Shown: in pieces, positions 61,217 through 64,000 of the stretch
Layout of the letters: the number at the start of each line of letters is the position of its first letter
Numbering within the stretch: position 1 is the stretch's first letter
Made by a program: the position numbers and the translations under genes
Notes under the pieces: model-generated
What the model saw: the letters and a program-made list of their open reading frames with translations, nothing else
What the model was told of the DNA's origin: nothing
Database searches by the model: none
Source of the DNA: Antedon mediterranea
Lineage: Eukaryota > Animalia > Echinodermata
Reading direction: 5' to 3'
Assembly: GCF_964355755.1 (NCBI RefSeq)
Contig: NC_092672.1
Span: 30,758,437-30,822,436, forward strand
Length of the DNA: 64,000 nucleotides

Positions 61217-62643
61217 GTTTAGAATTAATGTTCTGTGCCTGATTTGTTTATATATAAAAGTATCTTTTCTGAGATCCCGCCTCGTGAATAAAAATACTGA
61301 AAGATGAGGGCGTATCAATTTGATCTCTGGTGCGCGTGCGTACAACTGAGGACTAGTGCTGTTCCGCCGTACCACGCCGAGAATGTTAAAGATTCGCTAT
61401 CCAATCGAGTTTGAACAATACCATGAAAGCCCCAGTGGTCTAATGGTTAGGACATCTGCATATCAAGCAGGCGGTCCGAGTTCGAGTCTCGGTTGGGGCG
61501 ACTTTTTCTCATTCTCACAGATTTCCTCATCTTTATTGTTACAAATTAATTAATTAAATTTCAGTATATCACCGGGCGGTTTAGAATTAATGTTCTGTGC
61601 CTGATTTGTTTATATATATAAAAGTATCTCTTCTGAGATCCCGCCTCGTGAATAAAAATACTGAAAGATGAGGGCGTATCAATTTGATCTCTGGTGCGCG
61701 TGCGTACAACTGAGGACTAGTGCTGTTCCGCCGTACCACGCCGAGGATGTTAAAGAGTCGCTATTCAATCGAGTTTGAACAATACCATGAAGTGGTCTAA
61801 TGGTTAGGACATCTGCATATCAAGCAGGCGGTCCGAGTTCGAGTCTCGGTTGGGGCGACTTTTTCTCATTCTCACAGATTTCCTCATCTTTATCGTTACA
61901 AATTAATTAATTAAATTTCAGTATATCACCGGGCGGTTTAGAATTAATGTTCTGTGCCTGACAACAGGCATAGAAATAAATTCCAAATGTTCTGTGCCTG
62001 ACAACAGGCACAGAATAAATTCCAAATGTTCTGTGCCTGACAACAGGCATAGAAATAAATTCCAAACCGCCCGGTGATACACTGAAAATTATTTAATTAA
62101 TTTTTGAAACGATAAAGATGAGGAAATCTGGGAGAATGAGAAAAAGTCGCACCAACCGAGACTCGAACTCGGACCGTCTGCTTGATATGCAGTTGCCCTA
62201 ACCATTAGACCACAGGGGCTTTCATGGTATTGTTCTTTAACTCGATCGGATAACGACCCTTTAACATTCTCGGCGTGGTACGGTTGGAACACAACTAGTC
62301 CTCTGTTGTACGCACGCGCACCAGAGATCAAATTGATACGCCCTCATCTATAATTCAGTATATTTATTCACTAAGCGGGATCTCGAGAGATACTTTTATA
62401 TATATATAAACACAACAGGCATAGAAATAAATTCCAAACCACCCGGTGATACACTGAAAATTATTTAATTAATTTTTAATTAAGTCGCCCCAACCGAGAC
62501 TCAAACTCAGACCGCCTGCTTGATATGCAGATGTCCTAACCATTAGACCACTGGGGCTTTCATGGTATTGTTCGAACTCGATTGGATAGCGACTCTTTAA
62601 CATTCTCGGCGTGGTACGGCGGAACAGCACTAGTCCTCAGTTG
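61217..62643. mobile_element. Array of ~360-bp tRNA-containing elements: two tandem + copies, then two - copies
   Basis: tRNA-like cores at 61429-61500 (+), 61791-61857 (+, 5' clipped), 62148-62219 (-) and 62486-62557 (-). Units end GTGCCTGATTTGTTT(TA)n; ~40-bp hairpin repeats at the inversion point 61945-62065. Confidence 0.8.
61429..61500 (+). tRNA. tRNA-like sequence (Glu/Asp-like body, ATC anticodon), SINE-type pseudo-tRNA
   Basis: GCCCCAG-TGGTCTAATGGTTAGGAC..TCTGC-ATATCAA-GCAGG..GAGTTCGAGTCTC..TTGGGGC, followed by T5. Confidence 0.6.
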
Positions 62644-62668
62644 AATATATATATACATTCAACCGAAC

Positions 62669-62697
<29 letters not shown>

Positions 62698-62710
<13 letters not shown>

Positions 62711-62972
62711 TAACAGCAGAAAACTTGGTTACTTCATTGTTTTAATCACTACAAATTTGTTTCGTACGACCAGCATGTAGCTGGCCGCACTCTTCAGGTG
62801 AAATATAAAACATTCATCAGGAAGTTGTATACAATAGCCTATTGTTTTAGATAAACTATTTGGATCTGCAATTTAGTTGACATATAATAATATACTTTTC
62901 ATATATACATAAATTACGGTACATCTTTTGTTAATATTTGAGTAAGGTTTGCATTTCTTTATAATTTTCCAT
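62698..62972 (-). mobile_element. 3' fragment of the Naiad-like PLE family of 53358-54622, with hammerhead at 62746-62801
   Basis: Reverse complement of 54240-54622 with internal deletions. Confidence 0.85.
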
Positions 62973-63537
62973 TTAAAGTGGAGCTACACTCAGACTTTCT
63001 CAGCTTATATTATGTTTAAGTATGTTTAATTGAAAGTGATTACATAAAAAAAACCAGGAAAATACGGAAATATTTTCCAAAAACACATTTCTAAAAAATC
63101 GGTCAGAAAATAGTGTTTTTTAACAAATTACAGTTTTTCAGTAACTTAGGGGTTATTAGTTTACAATACGTCGCGAAACGCGTTACACTTAGCGACTGAC
63201 GCGTTTTAGTCGCTGGTCAACGCATTGTGGAAATGTCTTCCCTTTGGTAAATTATGTGTCGAAAAATGGGGAATAAATTTTATACACACAATTAATACGA
63301 TTTGTTTAGGCCTAAGTAATATTTCCGATAAGAATGTCAGTATAATTTACATGTAACCTCATGATTTTCACTGTACAACAACAGCATAATAATCTTATCA
63401 GATTGCTTTTAACTTTAAGCTAGGGCTAGGCCTAGCTAAGCCGTCTGCTCAGCCTAGCTAGCCTTGAATTTTTGTCTAGAGGCCTATGTATTCATAGGCA
63501 TGGTTGTTTCGCCCCATTTATCGTTCCTGGGTTTTCT

Positions 63538-64000
63538 CAGTGGCGTATCCAGTAGCGGGGCCAGGGGGCACGGCCCCCCCCCCCCCTGATTTCGTTTCCG
63601 TCGGCACATCATCGTGGCCGTCGGCAAACAAAGGTGCCGGGGAAAAAAATAAACTATTTATTCTGACAATAATTGAACTGTAAACATAATTCTTTTGAGT
63701 GTTTGTTTATTTACATATCATAATATCATCATTGATCCCTTCAGATCAACTATTTTTTATTTTCATTACATCTAACGAAACACGTAAAAAATGTGTAGCA
63801 CGTACGTACGGCCGTACGCGGTAGATTGTTTACTCAAAAGTCTTTGACCTTACCCTAAAACCTTGTTTTTGCATGCAGTTGCGCCTCTCATGACCTGGGA
63901 TTTGTATGTCTTCCTACGCTAAGAGATTATATTTCCACATGCCATGTGCTTTTTTGTCTAAGATATATTTATTATAAGTGCCAAAAACCCGGTTTTTTTT
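63538..64000. mobile_element. Possible start of a hAT-like MITE (CAGTGGCGTA terminus)
   Basis: GC-rich CAGTGGCGTATCCAG..GGGGCACGGCCCCCC motif in AT-rich DNA; the other end is not in the window. Confidence 0.3.

Noticed and set aside
61429-62557. Functional tRNA-Asp(ATC) gene cluster
   Set aside because: Atypical anticodon and A at position 32, copies truncated or mutated, and embedded in a larger repeated unit; treated as SINE-like.
62973-63537. TTAAAGTGGAGCTACA as the start of a Kolobok-like DNA transposon
   Set aside because: No matching opposite terminus or transposase is visible in the window.

Overview
AT-rich, intron-containing animal DNA, probably a marine invertebrate deuterostome (inferred from the Nin/Deu-type SINE and the Penelope, L2, Helitron and Academ content); not prokaryotic. 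The main biological content is a minus-strand tandem cluster of three multi-exon immune-type genes reconstructed by hand from splice sites and exon phases. Each has a caspase-8/cFLIP-like tandem death-effector-domain (tDED) exon, a linker built from small phase-1 exons encoding basic KRK and acidic/Ser motifs, and a C-terminal TIR domain retaining the Glu at the position catalytic in TIR NADases. Gene A (7865-11937) carries a 1-nt phase break, gene B (14916-18079) is intact at 413 aa, and gene C spans 27034 to at least 35038. Upstream of gene C is an array of five near-identical 330-nt phase-1 exons encoding a compact TIR-like domain, which can splice in frame into gene C. The paralogues are mosaics: A and C share the TIR, B and C share the tDED. 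The rest is transposable elements: two non-autonomous Helitrons (one hosting a LINE within a LINE), a young internally deleted Gmr1-type Gypsy with a triplicated PBS, Helentron-type HINEs, an Academ-like element, and a ~10-kb nest of Penelope-like elements in (TA)n with seven hammerhead ribozyme motifs and tRNA-containing tandem/inverted elements. All domain and family assignments come from motif recognition by eye; no database search was run.
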